The notes beneath the pieces are model-generated. The model was not told the DNA's origin. It made no database searches and saw nothing but the letters and a program-made list of their open reading frames with translations. This document shows positions 8,205 through 19,632 of a stretch of 64,000 nt of DNA, one piece after another (the first letter of the stretch is position 1; each line of letters opens with the position of its first letter). Source of the DNA: Waterburya sp. (GTDB lineage: Bacteria > Cyanobacteriota > Cyanobacteriia > Cyanobacteriales > Xenococcaceae); contig CBDCJV010000002.1 in NCBI GenBank assembly GCA_965217895.1, positions 5,024,001-5,088,000 of the forward strand, written 5' to 3'. The position numbers were made by a program, and so were the translations under genes.

Positions 8205-9074
8205 TTAATCATTAGCTTGTTTTTCCACAACTTTAGTTTTTAAAATAATAAAGCCAGCCAAGATAATTAAAATAGCTCCAAAAAACGAATTTATATCCAA
8301 TATTTCCTCAAAGTATAACCAACCTAAAAACGTGCCAAAAGGTACAGAAGTATAGGTAAAGATGCCAACGCTGGAGGCAGCAGCATTTTGATACCCGCGA
8401 GTTAATAGTAATTGACCGATAGTTGTAGTCAATGCCACACCTAATAACATCAAATATTCTTCTGGCGTAGGAGTTTGCCAAGCCCAAGCCAAAGGAATGG
8501 CAGAGATGCACATCCCAAAAATAGCAAAGTAAGCAACTATGCGTAAAGGTGGTTCGGTTGCTGAGAGTTTGCGTACCGTGACAAAAGCGATCGCTGCCAT
8601 AAAGCTACTGCCCAAGGCAACTAAACTTGCCCAGTCTGTATCACCATTGGGTTTCAAAATTAGGAATACGCCGATAAATCCTAGCACTCCAGCGATAATT
8701 ACTCGCCTAGTAATATTTTCTTTGAGCAAAATTAGAGACACAAAGGGAATAATCAAAGGAATAGTTGATTTGATCAGCATCGAATCTCCTAGAGTAATTT
8801 TTCCTAAAGCATAGAAAAAGCTATACATGGCAGCCATGCCAAAACCACCGCGAACTAAATGTAGATGCAGGCAGTCAGTATGCAGAATTTTTCTGCCAGC
8901 TTTAATCAGTAAAGGTGTAAGGATAGCCAGTCCGAATAGATTGCGGAAAAATACAATTGATTCATTGGGTAATGAAGCGGACGCTAGCTTGATTATGGCT
9001 GCACTAAAAGCAAAACTCAATTCTGAAGCAACAATAAAAAATGCCCCACGCGCGATACTTTGACTTTTGGTCAT
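8205..9074 (-). CDS. DMT/EamA family transporter
   Basis: About ten hydrophobic segments in two EamA repeats; FFRNLFGL and LLKE signatures. Confidence 0.9.
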   Translation of the reverse strand: MTKSQSIARGAFFIVASELSFAFSAAIIKLASASLPNESIVFFRNLFGLAILTPLLIKAGRKILHTDCLHLHLVRGGFGMAAMYSFFYALGKITLGDSMLIKSTIPLIIPFVSLILLKENITRRVIIAGVLGFIGVFLILKPNGDTDWASLVALGSSFMAAIAFVTVRKLSATEPPLRIVAYFAIFGMCISAIPLAWAWQTPTPEEYLMLLGVALTTTIGQLLLTRGYQNAAASSVGIFTYTSVPFGTFLGWLYFEEILDINSFFGAILIILAGFIILKTKVVEKQAND

Positions 9075-9231
9075 AAAAGAAATAGCAGTTTTTCTAAGCT
9101 AGTTTAAAATTTTGACTTCGACTTAAAGCAAAAGTTATGATGTCAGTCGTCTAAACTAAATAATCTCCCCTAATTTAATTTAGCTAAGATTCAATCTGGG
9201 GAAAGTGTCGATCGCGATTTAAAGATTGAGG

Positions 9232-11697
9232 ATGAGTAAGCAAAGTCTAGATTGGGTAAGATTGCAAAAAGCACTGTCTGTAGAGGCTGAACGAGGCTAT
9301 ACAGATATTGTTGGCAATCAATATCGCTTTAGTGAGTTTCTCTGTCTTAGCTTGGGCAAACCGCCTCAGAATATTGCTGCGGGAGACAAAATGCAGTGGC
9401 ATGATATTGCCCAAAAGTTTGCTGGCTATAGTAATTTAAGTGCTGCCCAAAGAAAGCAGTTGGTTATTGGTACTCGTAATTTTCTTTACAAGCAAAAAGC
9501 GATCGCCGAAACCCCAGATACACCACCAAAGCCAAAAGTTCCCCGCACCGCATCTTTAAGTAGTCCTCAAGCCAAAACTTATTTTAATCAAGAGATTACT
9601 TTAGATCAGCCTTTGAGTCGGGTGATTGATATTGGACGCAGGAGTAATTATCTAGCCAAGTTAGGGTTATATACAGTCAGGGATTTATTATTTTATTATC
9701 CCCGCGATCATCTTGACTATGCCCGTCAGGTGCAAATTGCTAATCTTGAGGCAGGAGAAACCGTCACGGTAATTGGTACGGTTAAAAGCTGTAAGTGCTT
9801 TAGCAGCCCAAAGAATAAAAAATTAACTATCTTTGAATTAATCTTAGTTGATGCTACTGGTAGACTTAAGCTCAATCGCTTTTTAATGGGTGCAAGATTT
9901 AGCCATCGTGGTTCCCAGGAAAGCTATAAGCGAAACTATCCTGTAGGTTCACTAGTAGCTGCTTCGGGGATAGTTAAACAGAATAAATATGGCATTACCC
10001 TAGATAAGCCAGAAATCGAAGTACTAGATGGTGCAGGGGCAAGTATAGAATCAATCAAAATTGGTCGATTGTTGCCCGTATATCCTTTAACCGAAGGTGT
10101 TCCTGCTGATACGGTTAGAAAGTCGATTATTGCTGCTTTACCTACTGCTGCCCAATTGCCAGATCCTCTGCCAAGCGAACTGCGTAACCATTATGGCTTA
10201 GTAAAACTAAAAAATGCGATCGCCTGTATTCATTTTCCCGAAAACCGCGAAGAACTTGACCACGCCAGACGTAGATTAGTCTTTGATGAGTTTTTCTATC
10301 TTCAGCTAGGCTTTTTGCAACGTCGTCAACAGCTAAGACAAAATCAATCTAGTGCTAGCTTTGCCCCTAAAGGCGAGTTAATCGAACAATTTAATCAGAT
10401 ATTACCCTTTAAGCTAACTAACGCTCAAGCCAGAGTAGTTAACGAGATATTTAAAGACTTGGGTACTTCTGATACGCCCATGAATCGTCTAGTACAGGGG
10501 GATGTGGGTTCAGGAAAAACTATTGTGGCAGTGTATGCCATCCTCGCTGCTATTCAGTCTGGTTATCAGGCAGCACTCATGGCACCAACGGAAGTATTAG
10601 CCGAACAGCATTATCGTAAGTTGGTAAGTTGGTTTAACCTATTGCATCTGCCCGTAGAGTTACTTACGGGTTCAACTAAAACCGCTAAACGACGAGAAAT
10701 CCATTCTCAATTAGAAAATGGCGAACTGCCTCTTTTAGTCGGTACTCATGCCTTAATTCAAGATCCAGTCAACTTTTATAAGTTAGGTTTAGCTGTAATC
10801 GATGAACAGCATCGCTTTGGGGTACAGCAGCGATCGCGTTTACTAAATAAAGGAAAATCGCCTCACGTTTTAACTATGACCGCTACGCCTATTCCTCGCA
10901 CCCTGGCTTTAACTCTCCATGGTGATTTAGACGTTAGCCAGATCGATGAATTACCTCCTGGTAGACAGGCAATTCTAACTATGGCAAAAAAAGGTAAGGA
11001 TCGCCAAAAAGTCTATGACTTAATTCGTCGTGAAATTGCCCAAGGCAGACAGGCTTATATTATTTTCCCTTTGGTAGAAGAATCAGAAAAGCTCGACCTC
11101 AAAGCTGCCACCGAAGAACATCAAAGATTATCTGAGGTAATTTTTCCAGAGTTCAAAATTGCTTTGTTACATGGTCGCCTGAACTCAGCCGATAAAGATG
11201 CAGCTTTAAGTTCTTTTCGCAATAATGAGTGCCAAATTATTGTCTCCACTACGGTAATTGAGGTAGGAGTAGACGTACCTAACGCCACGGTAATGGTAAT
11301 TGAAAATGCCGAGCGTTTTGGTTTATCCCAATTACATCAGTTACGGGGACGAGTTGGCAGAGGCAACAGTAAGTCTTATTGCTTCTTAATGAGCAGTACT
11401 AAAAATGTCGAAGCCAGACAGCGTTTAGCCGTGCTAGAAGAATCCCAAGATGGCTTTTTTATCTCCGAAGCAGATATGCGTTTTCGAGGCCCTGGGGCAG
11501 TATTAGGCACTCGTCAGTCAGGTTTACCAGATTTCGCTTTAGCTAGCCTTGTAGAAGATCAAGAAGTGCTGAATTTAGCCAGAGAAGCAGCAGAAAAAAT
11601 TATTGCTGCCGATAAGCTGCTTGATAATTCACCATCTTTAAAACAAGAATTGGAAATCCGCTATCGTCGGATGATGGGTGGGGATATTTTAAATTAA
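9232..11697 (+). CDS. recG: ATP-dependent DNA helicase RecG with cyanobacterial N-terminal extension
   Basis: QGDVGSGKT, DEQHRFG, TATPIPRT, QLRGRVGRG; ATG at 9232 preferred over TTG at 9226. Confidence 0.97.
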   Translation: MSKQSLDWVRLQKALSVEAERGYTDIVGNQYRFSEFLCLSLGKPPQNIAAGDKMQWHDIAQKFAGYSNLSAAQRKQLVIGTRNFLYKQKAIAETPDTPPKPKVPRTASLSSPQAKTYFNQEITLDQPLSRVIDIGRRSNYLAKLGLYTVRDLLFYYPRDHLDYARQVQIANLEAGETVTVIGTVKSCKCFSSPKNKKLTIFELILVDATGRLKLNRFLMGARFSHRGSQESYKRNYPVGSLVAASGIVKQNKYGITLDKPEIEVLDGAGASIESIKIGRLLPVYPLTEGVPADTVRKSIIAALPTAAQLPDPLPSELRNHYGLVKLKNAIACIHFPENREELDHARRRLVFDEFFYLQLGFLQRRQQLRQNQSSASFAPKGELIEQFNQILPFKLTNAQARVVNEIFKDLGTSDTPMNRLVQGDVGSGKTIVAVYAILAAIQSGYQAALMAPTEVLAEQHYRKLVSWFNLLHLPVELLTGSTKTAKRREIHSQLENGELPLLVGTHALIQDPVNFYKLGLAVIDEQHRFGVQQRSRLLNKGKSPHVLTMTATPIPRTLALTLHGDLDVSQIDELPPGRQAILTMAKKGKDRQKVYDLIRREIAQGRQAYIIFPLVEESEKLDLKAATEEHQRLSEVIFPEFKIALLHGRLNSADKDAALSSFRNNECQIIVSTTVIEVGVDVPNATVMVIENAERFGLSQLHQLRGRVGRGNSKSYCFLMSSTKNVEARQRLAVLEESQDGFFISEADMRFRGPGAVLGTRQSGLPDFALASLVEDQEVLNLAREAAEKIIAADKLLDNSPSLKQELEIRYRRMMGGDILN

Positions 11698-11765
11698 TTT
11701 TATAAGATAATAAATTTTCGTAGGTTGCTATACTCATAATGTTTTTTTAACCTCGATCGCTCTAG

Positions 11766-12551
11766 TCAAAGAGCTTCTGAAATGACTAAAATACGATAAC
11801 CAGCATCATATTCAGCTTGCTGTTGGAGATAGCCATATTTTTGTGACCAAGCACTACTATTAATATCTGTGGTTAATTTATCGATGCCTGCTTCTAATTC
11901 ATCGGCAGGCATTTTGGAGAAAGAAGAAATACCGTTGCGTACTTCTGGATCTAAATAAATTTTAGGTTGGCACCAACCAGCAGCAGCAAAGCGATGGCTT
12001 AAATCTTGAGGCAACAAAAAAGGGATTATCTCTACTTGCTTGTGGGTAATCTGCCTAATCTGTGTAGCGATATCTTGCGTACTGGGAAAAGTAGCTAAAG
12101 TATCTTGAATAAAGTAGGGAAAATATTCCGTAAGCCAAAAATCAGGAATTTTACTTTGTTCAAACGCAAAAATGACTATTCTTCCCTTACCTACAAGCCG
12201 ATTGATTTCTTTAATACTCGCTGCAATGTTTTGAAAGTGATGTAGTGCCAACATAACTATTGCCCCGTCAACAGAATTATCAGCTAAGGGAATTTGTGCC
12301 GCAGCAGCAGTTATCCATTTAACCTTCTTGTGCGGTTGTGCTTGAGCCTGCATAACTTCTGATGGCTCGACGGCAATTACTGAATAACCCTGACTAGCGA
12401 TCGCATTACTGTAATTTCCCGTACCTGCACCAACATCAGCAATTGTTGTTTTTAAGGGTAAATTTAGCAGAGCGATCAATCTCTCAATAATTCTAGAGTC
12501 TGGCTGACGGGAGTGGTTATATCCTTGACCGATGGAATTATATAAAGTCAT
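11766..12551 (-). CDS. Class I SAM-dependent methyltransferase
   Basis: ADVGAGTG motif I; VEPS; LALHHF. Confidence 0.9.
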   Translation of the reverse strand: MTLYNSIGQGYNHSRQPDSRIIERLIALLNLPLKTTIADVGAGTGNYSNAIASQGYSVIAVEPSEVMQAQAQPHKKVKWITAAAAQIPLADNSVDGAIVMLALHHFQNIAASIKEINRLVGKGRIVIFAFEQSKIPDFWLTEYFPYFIQDTLATFPSTQDIATQIRQITHKQVEIIPFLLPQDLSHRFAAAGWCQPKIYLDPEVRNGISSFSKMPADELEAGIDKLTTDINSSAWSQKYGYLQQQAEYDAGYRILVISEAL

Positions 12552-12682
12552 CTAATATTTAGATTAGATTTATGCGCATGAATAAAATATTAGGTTCCTA
12601 GGTTCCTGATTATCTGCTATTCAAAGTTAGTAGTTAATAGTTTTCTGACTACAAACGATGAACTACTCACTACCAACTAAAC

Positions 12683-14176
12683 TCAAACCTTTGTTTCTTC
12701 TAACATCAACTTAGAACGTCTAATATCTTCGGGAATAGATACGGGATAGTCGCCTGTAAAGCAAGCCGAACAGAAATTTTTGGTGTTTTCTTGAGTTGCT
12801 TCTAGCATTCCCTCCCAGCTTAAATAAGCCAAGGTATCGACACCGATTCGTTCTTCAATTTCCTTGACAGACTTAGTTGCAGCAATAAGCTGCTTTTGGT
12901 TATCTGTATCAATGCCATAAAAACAGGGGTGAGTCACGGGAGGAGAAGAGATTCTCATGTGAACTTCAGTTGCGCCTGCGTCTCTGAGGGTTTTGACAAT
13001 TTTCTTGCTGGTTGTACCTCGAACGATAGAATCATCCACAATAATAATTCTTTTACCCTGTAAAGCATCTTTGAGGGTATTTAGCTTCATACGGATGCCA
13101 GCCTCACGCATACTTTGGGTAGGCTGGATAAAGGTACGCCCTACATAGCGATTTTTAATCAACCCTTCCCCATAAGTAAGCCCAGATTCACGGGAAAAAC
13201 CGATTGCCGCTGGAATTCCTGAATCAGGCACACCTATAACCAAATCGGCATCTACAAAAGATTCTTTTGCTAGCTGTCTGCCTAAGCGGATACGGTAGCT
13301 ATAAAGAGTTTCATCGTGCATCACGCTATCAGGACGAGCAAAGTAAATCATTTCAAAAATACAAAGCTTTTTCTCTACTTCTTCTGCCCAATCAACTGAT
13401 TTTAAGCCAGAATCTGTAATCCAAACTAGTTCTCCAGGGTTTACGTCTCGCACGTATTCCGCACCAATAATATCTAAACCACAGGTTTCTGAAGATAGCA
13501 CATAACGTTTTTTTTGTTCATCTTCTCCTGATAAAACACCAATTACTAACGGACGAATGCCATTGCGATCGCGTGCGCCCATTAAGCCAGCAGGAGTGGC
13601 AATTGTCAAGCTGTATGCGCCTGTACATAGTTTAAAGGCACTAATAGCAGCCTGTAACCAATCTTTGCCGTTGTCAACTTCATCAGCCAAGGTTAAGGCA
13701 ATCATTTCTGAGTCGGTAGAGGTAATGAAGTTAGCATCTCTCTGGCTCAGGTGCTTTCTTAGCTCTACGGCGTTAACCAAATTACCATTATGAGCCAAAG
13801 CCAACTTGCCCAGTCTAGTATCTAAAACAACGGGTTGAGCATTCTCTTTTAAGCTAGAGCCTGTGGTTGAGTAGCGAGTATGACCAACCGCTATTTCGCC
13901 AGGTAGCTGCTCTAAAATCTCTTCATTAAATACTTGAGATACCAAGCCCATGTCTTTATGACAGTAAATATCTCCTTTATTTAAAGTAGCGATTCCTGCT
14001 GACTCTTGCCCCCGATGCTGTAGAGCATACAAACCAAAATAGGTAAGTTTAGCCACCTCCAACGCTTTATCTGGGGCATATACCCCAAAAACACCACAGG
14101 CTTCTTCTGGTTTGTCTTCACGCTGACTGCTCATTAGAGAATCTTCTGTCCAATCGAAAGACTGTTGTGGCATCAT
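12683..14176 (-). CDS. purF: Amidophosphoribosyltransferase
   Basis: Propeptide followed by CGVFG, LQHRGQE, VDDSIVRGTT, Fe-S cysteines FCSAC. Confidence 0.97.
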   Translation of the reverse strand: MMPQQSFDWTEDSLMSSQREDKPEEACGVFGVYAPDKALEVAKLTYFGLYALQHRGQESAGIATLNKGDIYCHKDMGLVSQVFNEEILEQLPGEIAVGHTRYSTTGSSLKENAQPVVLDTRLGKLALAHNGNLVNAVELRKHLSQRDANFITSTDSEMIALTLADEVDNGKDWLQAAISAFKLCTGAYSLTIATPAGLMGARDRNGIRPLVIGVLSGEDEQKKRYVLSSETCGLDIIGAEYVRDVNPGELVWITDSGLKSVDWAEEVEKKLCIFEMIYFARPDSVMHDETLYSYRIRLGRQLAKESFVDADLVIGVPDSGIPAAIGFSRESGLTYGEGLIKNRYVGRTFIQPTQSMREAGIRMKLNTLKDALQGKRIIIVDDSIVRGTTSKKIVKTLRDAGATEVHMRISSPPVTHPCFYGIDTDNQKQLIAATKSVKEIEERIGVDTLAYLSWEGMLEATQENTKNFCSACFTGDYPVSIPEDIRRSKLMLEETKV

Positions 14177-14439
14177 GCTCTTGACTTGCTCCTATTTGGC
14201 GGTAATAAGTATTTAAAATGGTTGTTGATGTTTTTCACATCTTTTAGCCTGACCGCTTCGAGAATAATTGTAATTGTGTTAAGGCTGGACTATAAATTTT
14301 AGAACAATTGACTTTTCTATTTAAGAAACCGTAACCAGAAATAAAACTGCCTTTATTTCTAGCAAGTTGTGTCATTATCTCGCTAGAATAATCGATTAAA
14401 AGATTTTAATTTTCAATCTTTTAATATAGTAATTAGGTA

Positions 14440-16761
14440 CTAAAAAGCTAACCTATTCTCTATTGCCTGTTTCCAGGTAGTAGATAATAAACTGATCTTA
14501 ACATTAATTAACGTAAGATTATCATCGGTTAAAATGTTTAAATCCGAATTAGATTGATTTACTATCCCGATTTTTGTCCAGCGATCGCTTAAATTATCAG
14601 TCAAGTATGCCTCCCAAGCTTTAACTACCTCAGATCTAACCGACACCACAATTTGACCAGTAACTTCGCCAAACAGCACTTCATCTAAGCGTTGGGAATC
14701 AGACACGGGAATACTAACAGTTGCACCCAAGTTTTTACCGATACAGGCTTCTGCCAAGGTAACTGCCAAGCCACCTTCTGCAAGATCGTGAGCCGAGCTA
14801 ATCCATTTTTGGCGTATTCCCTGACGACAAGCTGCTTGAATTTTACGCTCTAATTCAAAATCAACTACAGGGGGTTTCCCTGCTACCGTGTTGTGAATTG
14901 CAGCCAGGTATTCTGATGCGCCTAAAGCTGGCTGAGAATTACCGAGTAAGTAAATAATATCGCCTTCATGTTGCCAAGCTTGCCCACAAATTTTAGTAAT
15001 ATCAGGTATCAAACCCACCATACCAATTACGGGAGTGGGATATATAGGCTGGGGATTTCCTTGAGAATCAAGTGTCTCATTATACAGAGAAACATTTCCG
15101 CCAGTAACGGGAGTAGACATTTCTCGGCAAGCATCCGCTACACCATGACAGGCGTTAGCTAGCTGCCAGTAACCTACTGGTTTTTCTGGACTACCAAAAT
15201 TAAGGTTGTCCGTAACTGCTATCGGTTCAGCCCCGACACAGCTTAGGTTTCGGGCAGCTTCAGCCACGGCAGCTTTTGCCCCTTCATAAGGATCTAAATA
15301 TACATAGCGGGGATTGCAGTCGGTGGTGGCAGCTACGCCAATAGTACAGTCTTCTGGTTTGGCATCCAGGGGGCGAATTCTAATTACTGCTGCGTCTGCA
15401 CCGCCTGGTAAAAGAATGGTGTTGTTTTGTACCTGATGGTCATATTGGCGGTATACCCATTGCTTTGAGGCGATAGTGGGAGTATCTAGTAGTTGCAGTA
15501 GAATTTCGTTCCAGGTTTTATATGTTCCCTGCACGTCTATACCCTGATAATCGCACCCAGGTAAGCTATCAGCCGTCCATTTGGCAGCTTCTTTGGCATA
15601 AGCAGGAGGTTCAGTTAGTAATTCTCGTTTGTAGATAGGAGTATCATCAGCTAAGGCAGTAGCGGTAACTTCTGCTGCTATACTTCCTTGATATAAGATT
15701 CTAACTACTGGTTCTTCGATCACCGAACCTGCCACTACAGCTTGAAGTCCCCAACGGTGGAAAATATCAATCAGTTCTTGTTCTCGTCCTTTTTCGGCAA
15801 CAAACAGCATTCTTTCCTGAGATTCTGAGAGTAAATACTCATAGGGAGTCATGCCTGTTTCTCTGGCGGGGATTTTATCCAAATCCAATTCAATGCCTAC
15901 ACCGCCTTTATCTGCCATCTCCGAAGTAGAACAGGTTAATCCTGCTGCACCCATATCCTGCGCTGCCACCACCGCACCCGTTTTAAAAGCTTCTAAACAA
16001 GCTTCCACTAGTGACTTTTCTAAAAAAGGATCGCCTACCTGTACCGCAGGGCGATTATCCAGAGAATTGTCAGTTAATTCTGAACTGGCAAAACTCGCCC
16101 CTCCCATGCCGTCTCGACCAGTGGTTGAGCCAACATATAATACAGGATTACTAATGCCTGATGCGCCAGATTTGACAATCTCCTCGGTTTCCATCAGACC
16201 TAATGCCATGGCGTTGACCAAAGGATTGCCTGTATAAGCCCGATCAAAATAGATTTCTCCGCCTACCGTCGGTACGCCGATGCAGTTGCCATAGTGAGAT
16301 ATACCCTCAACCACACCCTGAAAAATACGTCTGGTGCGAGCATCTTCTAAGTTGCCGAAGCGTAGGGAATTGAGAATAGCAATAGGACGCGCACCCATCG
16401 TAAAAATGTCTCGTAGAATTCCGCCTACTCCTGTGGCTGCACCTTGAAAAGGCTCAACTGCTGAAGGGTGATTATGAGATTCAATTTTAAAAGCTAGCTG
16501 TAAACCATTGCCAAGATCTACTACGCCTGCATTTTCTCCTGGCCCAACTAAAACTCTTTTGCCCGTTGTGGGAAACTGACTTAATAACGGTCGAGAATTT
16601 TTATAGCAGCAGTGTTCTGACCACATGACCCCAAACATTCCTAATTCTGCTTTGTTGGGATGGCGACCTAAGCGATTGACAATTTCTTGGTATTCTTCTG
16701 GTTTAATCCCTTCGGCAGCAATTTCGCCCAGACTAAAAGGAGCAGATCTCATCTCAGACAT
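14440..16761 (-). CDS. purL: Phosphoribosylformylglycinamidine synthase subunit PurL
   Basis: [29 protein letters not shown]. Confidence 0.97.
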   Translation of the reverse strand: MSEMRSAPFSLGEIAAEGIKPEEYQEIVNRLGRHPNKAELGMFGVMWSEHCCYKNSRPLLSQFPTTGKRVLVGPGENAGVVDLGNGLQLAFKIESHNHPSAVEPFQGAATGVGGILRDIFTMGARPIAILNSLRFGNLEDARTRRIFQGVVEGISHYGNCIGVPTVGGEIYFDRAYTGNPLVNAMALGLMETEEIVKSGASGISNPVLYVGSTTGRDGMGGASFASSELTDNSLDNRPAVQVGDPFLEKSLVEACLEAFKTGAVVAAQDMGAAGLTCSTSEMADKGGVGIELDLDKIPARETGMTPYEYLLSESQERMLFVAEKGREQELIDIFHRWGLQAVVAGSVIEEPVVRILYQGSIAAEVTATALADDTPIYKRELLTEPPAYAKEAAKWTADSLPGCDYQGIDVQGTYKTWNEILLQLLDTPTIASKQWVYRQYDHQVQNNTILLPGGADAAVIRIRPLDAKPEDCTIGVAATTDCNPRYVYLDPYEGAKAAVAEAARNLSCVGAEPIAVTDNLNFGSPEKPVGYWQLANACHGVADACREMSTPVTGGNVSLYNETLDSQGNPQPIYPTPVIGMVGLIPDITKICGQAWQHEGDIIYLLGNSQPALGASEYLAAIHNTVAGKPPVVDFELERKIQAACRQGIRQKWISSAHDLAEGGLAVTLAEACIGKNLGATVSIPVSDSQRLDEVLFGEVTGQIVVSVRSEVVKAWEAYLTDNLSDRWTKIGIVNQSNSDLNILTDDNLTLINVKISLLSTTWKQAIENRLAF

Positions 16762-16833
16762 AAATATCTTTAGACAAATGACACAGGGTTAATTGTATCG
16801 CAGTACGTCAATCGGTTAGGACTAAAAAATATA

Positions 16834-18243
16834 TTAATTGTCAGCATTTTCAACATCGACTGACAAGCAAATAGTAAAGCAAGTTCTATTAGGTTCAGAC
16901 TCTAAATAAATAGCCCCACGATGACGATTTTCCACAATGCGTCGAACATTATCCAAACCTAAGCCAGAACCTTTACCTACGGATTTGGTAGTAAAAAATG
17001 GCTCAAAAATACGAGATTTGATTTCAGGAGAAATGCCTGTTCCCGAGTCAATAATTTTTATCTTCAGGCGATCGCCTTCATTCAAAGTAACAATCTCAAT
17101 TGTGCCTTTATCTTTGATCGCATCAATCGCATTATCAATTAGGTTTGTCCAAACTTGATTTAGTTCACTGCCATAAGCCTGAATTTGGGGAAGAGTGCGA
17201 TCGTAAACGCGGTTGATTTTTACTCCCTGTTTTAGTTTATGAGACAATAATTGCAGGGTGTCTTCTAAGCCTTGATGAATATCAACTAGCTGTTTAGCAC
17301 CACGATCCAAGTGGGAATAGGAACGCATAGACTGAACCAGCCCAGAAACTCGCTCCGCACCCCGCAATCCTGATTGAATCATCGTCATCACTTCAAAAGA
17401 TAAAGCCAGCCAGCGCAAACCCATATCTCGCAATTCTGTAGGATTGTCTCGCCAACGGGATATCAGCCGCTCTAGAATTTGCGTCTCCACATTCCCTGCT
17501 GCTAAAGGTTCTGATAGCTTCCAAGCATCTTTGACCCCATAGTCTTCTAGCCACTCTAGAATTGCGTCTTCGCGATCCATCGTTGCTAGTGGTTTAGAGC
17601 GATTATTGATAATAAACTCATAGCCATCGTCTCTAACCTTGAGCCATTGTTCTGTATGCTCATTATCTATATTATTCTGTCCATAAACCAAGTTCATGCG
17701 CTGCAACTCTACCATAGCGGGAGTAATATCTTTGAGGGCGCGAACTACCGCAGCAGCAGGATTATTGAGTTCATGAGCCAAACCAGCAGCCAGAGTTCCT
17801 AATGCTGCCATTTTTTCACGATTTTGCACAAATGACTCTAATCCTCGCACTCGATTTTGGACTATCTTAAATATTGTTCTCTCAAAGTCACGGCATTCGT
17901 GTACTAGCTTCAGAAAATCTGCTCCCTCAATTTCGTATAGGCAACAGTCAGTCAATGCTTGTAAGGTAACAGGTACAGGATCGTCGCTGAGAATCGGAAT
18001 TTCCCCAAAGAAAGAAAGATTTTGATGCTGCCCCACAGGTATTTGTAAGCCTTCGCTCAATCGAGTAAGACCGATACTGCCTGAAAGCATAATAAAAAAG
18101 CCCCTTCCAGGATCTCCTTCTCTAACTAAGATTTCTCCTTTGTTCAGCTTTATTTCTGTAGCGCGATCGCAAATCCAGTCCAGGCGATCGCTTGGTAATT
18201 TCTGAAATAGTTCTAGCCTCAAAAGTTCTGACGAACACAGCAT
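16834..18243 (-). CDS. Cyclic-nucleotide-binding-domain histidine kinase
   Basis: N-terminal cNMP-binding fold (REGD...FFGE); H-box AHELNNP; NLIDNA, DSGTG, FFTTK, GSGLGL boxes. Confidence 0.92.
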   Translation of the reverse strand: MLCSSELLRLELFQKLPSDRLDWICDRATEIKLNKGEILVREGDPGRGFFIMLSGSIGLTRLSEGLQIPVGQHQNLSFFGEIPILSDDPVPVTLQALTDCCLYEIEGADFLKLVHECRDFERTIFKIVQNRVRGLESFVQNREKMAALGTLAAGLAHELNNPAAAVVRALKDITPAMVELQRMNLVYGQNNIDNEHTEQWLKVRDDGYEFIINNRSKPLATMDREDAILEWLEDYGVKDAWKLSEPLAAGNVETQILERLISRWRDNPTELRDMGLRWLALSFEVMTMIQSGLRGAERVSGLVQSMRSYSHLDRGAKQLVDIHQGLEDTLQLLSHKLKQGVKINRVYDRTLPQIQAYGSELNQVWTNLIDNAIDAIKDKGTIEIVTLNEGDRLKIKIIDSGTGISPEIKSRIFEPFFTTKSVGKGSGLGLDNVRRIVENRHRGAIYLESEPNRTCFTICLSVDVENADN

Positions 18244-18303
18244 GACAAAATATCCTAAAAAATAATAAATACTAGTATTTTAAGAGGATTCATAGTTGTG
18301 ATT

Positions 18304-18726
18304 TTATTTCTGTAGATACGCGCACCACTTAGCAGCTAAAGAAATATCCGTAAAAGGTATTTGTCTAGTTGGTTCTTGGTCAACAAAGCTAAATTCTAAG
18401 GCGGTTTTACCCTTACGAGGAAGATTATTGAGTTCTTCTGAACTGTTTGAAGTAATGCCAATAGGTTTATCGTTTACCAATAAGTTAATCTCTTTGACTC
18501 GATCTAAAGAAAAGCTATCTAAGTCAATCATTCCTTTGCGGGTAGGCTTGCCCCAGATAATTTGGCGATTTTTGACACCCAAAACGGAGTAAATATCGAA
18601 CTTGGCATTATCAAAACCTTCCGCCCAAATTTTATAAGCCTCTAATTTTCGATATTCATTCCAGCCACTCCACGCTAACCAAATAAATGCTCCCAGCAAG
18701 GGCAGCCATAATAGTCCTCTTTCCAT
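18304..18726 (-). CDS. Conserved cyanobacterial hypothetical protein with N-terminal TM helix
   Basis: MERGLLWLPLL...WNEYRKLEAY...AKFDIYSVLG; clean ATG-initiated ORF. Confidence 0.75.
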   Translation of the reverse strand: MERGLLWLPLLGAFIWLAWSGWNEYRKLEAYKIWAEGFDNAKFDIYSVLGVKNRQIIWGKPTRKGMIDLDSFSLDRVKEINLLVNDKPIGITSNSSEELNNLPRKGKTALEFSFVDQEPTRQIPFTDISLAAKWCAYLQK

Positions 18727-18949
18727 ACTTTTTATTAATTTCTTTTTCTTAGTGTAAGTTATTTATTTGGTCAAATAAACAAGGTTTACTCAAGGTAATT
18801 GTGAATTTGTATTTTTCAATATTTATTTTAAGTTGTGCCTAAAAATCTTGAGAAGCTTATATTATTTTTAGATAAGAAGAAAGAATCTGTAAACATTTCA
18901 GCATTTGCCAGCCAACTACTATTAATGCTTTTAAAAAGTAGATGAACTT

Positions 18950-19603
18950 ATGACAGAAACTATCAATCAGTCTCAAGAGGCTACAATTTTAAATAACTTT
19001 CAAAAATTGGTAAAGTCTTCCTACGGAGATTTTACGGCTATTGGTCAAATGTCTCATGCTCTAAATGATTCAGATACGCTCAAAAACATTGTGGAATTTC
19101 TCAGCTTAACCCCTCGTGGCAAACAAGCTTTTATAGATCGTCCTTTGTTGGGAAAAATTGATTTACAACAATTGCATCAACTACCTAATCATACATTCGG
19201 CTATAGATATGCCGATCACATGATCGAAAATAAATTAACTCCACTGAACGTTGAAAAAGTGGCAGATAATCCATCTCAATTCTTGAATATCCATATTGGT
19301 GAAACTCACGATATCTGGCACGTCGCTACAGGATCTAATACTGATAAGGCAGGTGAGGTTCAGCTAGAAGCTTTTTATACGGCACAGCTTGTGCCAGATC
19401 GTTTGTTTCTGAGCTTAATTGCTAAAAATTTGCTTAAAACTGCAATGTACGAAGTTGAACTTTCTGAGCAGATTATGAATGGTTTAACCCAGGGCTGGAT
19501 CATGGGTAAACGGGCAAAACCGCTTTTTGGCATTCAATGGAATAAACTATGGGAAACGTCTTTAGAAGATGTGCAGACATCTTTGCAGATTAAACCAGTC
19601 TAA
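18950..19603 (+). CDS. Coq4 family protein
   Basis: HDIWH...GE metal motif; LPNHTFGYRY; WETSLEDV C-terminus. Confidence 0.85.
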   Translation: MTETINQSQEATILNNFQKLVKSSYGDFTAIGQMSHALNDSDTLKNIVEFLSLTPRGKQAFIDRPLLGKIDLQQLHQLPNHTFGYRYADHMIENKLTPLNVEKVADNPSQFLNIHIGETHDIWHVATGSNTDKAGEVQLEAFYTAQLVPDRLFLSLIAKNLLKTAMYEVELSEQIMNGLTQGWIMGKRAKPLFGIQWNKLWETSLEDVQTSLQIKPV

Positions 19604-19632
19604 AACTTAGTTTCCAGACTGGTATCCTATTT

